A stretch of DNA of 64,000 bases from Myxococcota bacterium. Its GTDB lineage: Bacteria; Myxococcota_A; UBA9160; UBA6930. Both the position numbers and the translations under genes were made by a program. Shown in pieces: positions 61,584-64,000 of the stretch. The stretch covers positions 2,048,001 to 2,112,000 of the forward strand of contig OZ245015.1 in NCBI GenBank assembly GCA_965223705.1, read 5' to 3'. The notes beneath the pieces are model-generated. The model did not search any database, had not been told where the DNA came from, and was given only the letters and a program-made list of their open reading frames with translations. Positions within the stretch are counted from its first letter, which is position 1. Each line of letters opens with the position of its first letter.

Positions 61584-61995
61584 TTAAGGGCGCGAGCGTC
61601 GCCGACGGCCCGCAAAGCCCAACCCGACGAGCCCCGCGGCGAGCAGCGCGGTGGTGGTCGGTTCGGGGACGACGACCGCTCGCACGAGCCAATCGTCGGT
61701 CGAACTCGGCGGGAGGAGCCAGCCGCGACCGACAGTCGTGATCGCGTCGCCCGGAATGCGATGCCCGTCGGGAAAGAACTCGAAGGCCGGGCCGCTACCG
61801 CCTTTGGCTTCTCCGCTGAGGATCGTCACGTTGCTCAGCGGATCGGTCAGGGTTCCGGTTCCCGCTGACGCCGTGAAGCCGCCTCCCGCTGCGGTAACGT
61901 CGCTCAAGACGTAGTTGACGAGCCAGGTGTCGCCCACACCGCCGTTCCCGCCCGCGGTGTTCGAGTTGAGCTCGCCGCTGATCGTCGCCGTCGAC
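61584..61995 (-). pseudogene. 5'-truncated PEP-CTERM protein
   Basis: C-terminal VPEPTTTALLAAGLVGLGFAGRRRR. No signal peptide; in-frame TAG near 62037 and no start codon until GTG 61937. Confidence 0.7.
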
Positions 61996-62165
61996 CGTCT
62001 GATGGTTTTCCCCCTTTCCCAATTCCCGCAAAGAAACTAGGAGGGGATGGGGTTTCTTACCGTCACAACCCGTCGGAGCTTGTGGGGTGCTGCGCGGCGA
62101 AACGGTGAGTTGCGTGACGGTTTCCGTCCTTCGGTGCGACAGTTCGGTCGCCGATAGAGAAGCGC

Positions 62166-63602
62166 ATGGCCGAAACGCACCCGACGCGACCCCGCGAAAA
62201 GGCACTGAAAGTCAATCTGGATCCCCGGCGCTACGGAACGTTCGCCGAAATCGGCGCGGGCCAGGAGGTCGTGCGTTGGTTCTTTCGCGCGGGCGGCGCG
62301 GCCGGAACGATCGCCAAGAGTATCTCGGCCTACGACATGACGGTGAGCGACGCGATCTACGGACCGTGTTCGCGGTACGTCTGTCGAGAACGCCTGGAGA
62401 GTATGTTGGCCTACGAACAGGGTCTCAATCTCGAGCGGCTCTCGGGCGCGCACGGCCACGCGCGCTCGTTCTTCACGTTCGCGGATACGGTTTCCGCGAA
62501 GAGTTTCCGCGGCAACCAAGATTGCCACGGGTGGTTGGGGATCCGCTTTCAGGCCCACCCCCGCGACGAATCGAGCCAAATCATCGTCCACGTGCGCCTC
62601 CTCGACGCGGAGGCCGCACAGCAGCAAGAAGCGCTCGGCATCTTCGGGGTCAACCTCGTCTACGGTGCCTGCTTCTACTCCCACGATCCCGAGGCGCTGC
62701 TGCGCTCGCTCCTCGATGGTTTGAGCACGGATCGCATCGAAGTCGACATGATCGAGTTTTCGGGGATCGAGTTTCGCTACGTCGACAACCGCATCATGAG
62801 CCTTCGACTGGTCGAGATGGGTCTCTCCGATGCGGCGATGTTTGCCGCGGACGGCCCGGTGCTCCAGCCCTCGGAAGTGCTCTATCAGAGCCCCGTTCTG
62901 ATCGAGCGCGGGAGCTTCCGGCCCGTCACGTACGTGAACCTCGACATGCTCGAGTGTGCTCTCGAGAACTTTCGCAATCGGCCCGAGGTGGTGGAATGCA
63001 AACGCGCTCCGGTCGCGATCATGGAAATCACGATGCGGAACCTGATGGCCGACGGAGAGCTCGACCTATCGGACTTTCTCGCGCGAGCGGAAGTGCTCGC
63101 CGCCACGGGCCAGACGGTGCTGATCTCGAACTTCTCCGAGTACTACCGCCTCGCCGCGTACATCGCGCGTCATACGGATCAGCGGATCGGCATCGCGATG
63201 GGCGCCCACAGTTTGCGCGAGGTGTTTGGCTCCCAGTACTACGAAGACCTCGAAGGCGGCGTTCTCGAGGGCATGGGGCGGCTTTTTCGTCGGAACGTCG
63301 AACTGTTGGTCTACCCCCATCGAAATCGCGAGACAGAGGCGCTCGAGCGGGTCGACAACTTGCAGATCGACGGAGGACAACAGGGACTTTTCCGCCACCT
63401 CGTCGAGCACGGACTGATCACACAGCTCGAGAACGCGAACTTGTCGGTACTCGACATCTATTCTCGCGACGTGCTGACCAAGATTCGCGAGGGCGACGAG
63501 ACCTGGGAAGCGATGGTTCCCGCCACCGTTGCCGAGGTCATCCGCAGCCGAGAATTTTTCGGGTACAAGCCGGGTGGCGACCGAGAGCCGCGACGCCCCT
63601 AG
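62166..63602 (+). CDS. Conserved cytoplasmic protein, probable degenerate nucleotidyltransferase-like C-terminus
   Basis: KAL.VNL....YGTFAEIGAGQEV, AKSISAYD, ERGSFRPVT, IYSRDV...I..GD..WE.MVP..VAE.I; family recognised from memory. Confidence 0.7.
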   Translation: MAETHPTRPREKALKVNLDPRRYGTFAEIGAGQEVVRWFFRAGGAAGTIAKSISAYDMTVSDAIYGPCSRYVCRERLESMLAYEQGLNLERLSGAHGHARSFFTFADTVSAKSFRGNQDCHGWLGIRFQAHPRDESSQIIVHVRLLDAEAAQQQEALGIFGVNLVYGACFYSHDPEALLRSLLDGLSTDRIEVDMIEFSGIEFRYVDNRIMSLRLVEMGLSDAAMFAADGPVLQPSEVLYQSPVLIERGSFRPVTYVNLDMLECALENFRNRPEVVECKRAPVAIMEITMRNLMADGELDLSDFLARAEVLAATGQTVLISNFSEYYRLAAYIARHTDQRIGIAMGAHSLREVFGSQYYEDLEGGVLEGMGRLFRRNVELLVYPHRNRETEALERVDNLQIDGGQQGLFRHLVEHGLITQLENANLSVLDIYSRDVLTKIREGDETWEAMVPATVAEVIRSREFFGYKPGGDREPRRP

Positions 63603-63634
63603 CGAGGGAGGGCTACGCGGCTCATCCTAGACCC

Positions 63635-64000
63635 ATGGCCCCCGAGCTTCCTCGCGCGACCGGCGATGCGTTGCCCACGAGGTTGGCCGCACTGATTGCG
63701 GATCGAGAGCGCGCGACCCGCGCGCCCGAGATTGCGGACTTCCGCCCGGTCTCGGGTGGCAACGCCCGGGCGGCCTTCGCGTTCGATGTCGTATGGGAAG
63801 ACGGTTCGCCGCCTCGCGCGTGCATCCTGCTCTTGCAGGCGAAAGCCGGCCAGCTGGAGCAGGAACTCGGCCCTGAATTCGACGCGCTCTCCCTCCTCGC
63901 CGGGGACGAGATTCCATCACCGACACCGTATTGGGTCGATCGCGACGGGACGTGGCTCGGGAGCCCCGGTTTTGTCATGGAGCGCGTCGCGGGCGAAGGG
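63635..64000 (+). CDS. Phosphotransferase (APH/ACAD10-N-like) family protein (3' partial)
   Basis: Translated by hand: SGGNAR, EFDAL..L....IPSP.PYW......LGSPGFVMERVAG; runs off the window end. Confidence 0.8.
   Translation, partial: MAPELPRATGDALPTRLAALIADRERATRAPEIADFRPVSGGNARAAFAFDVVWEDGSPPRACILLLQAKAGQLEQELGPEFDALSLLAGDEIPSPTPYWVDRDGTWLGSPGFVMERVAGEG

Noticed and set aside
44130..64000. Integrative element or prophage at tRNA-Pro
   Set aside because: No integrase, no duplicate of the tRNA 3' end seen in the window, and no obvious composition shift

Overview
GC-rich bacterial chromosome segment, probably Myxococcota or a related deltaproteobacterial lineage. This is an inference from the SofG/MglA-type GTPase and the DUF4388, PEGA and PEP-CTERM proteins. 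About 1-44.2 kb is mostly core genes on the + strand: yihY-HTH, iscS-like, mnmA, rnc, era; thiolase-icmF-scpA-meaB; an MglA/SofG-like GTPase; ribBA; a MoxR/VWA pair; miaB; a three-gene signalling block; guaB-guaA-dnaE; tRNA-Val; thrS-infC-rpmI-rplT-pheS-pheT-ihfA-merR; a three-gene envelope block; tRNA-Pro. From 44.2 kb to the end is accessory DNA: an oxidative catabolic cluster (hydrolase, Rieske oxygenase plus a small coupled protein, VOC, two SDRs, a split Mo-hydroxylase, a flavin monooxygenase), polysaccharide-modification genes, an LLM oxidoreductase, a methyltransferase and two PEP-CTERM genes (one truncated). No integrase, transposase, CRISPR array or rRNA was seen. Best leads: (i) a pseudo-enzyme signalling block in front of guaBA, (ii) an ExeA-PEGA / VWA-lipoprotein / Pro-rich trio between merR and tRNA-Pro, (iii) a candidate C-rich sRNA at about 19.7-19.9 kb, (iv) a repeat-borne frameshift at the start of meaB, (v) a RibBA with an apparently dead RibB domain, and (vi) a structured leader upstream of icmF. 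All family calls come from motif recognition by eye; no database searches were run.
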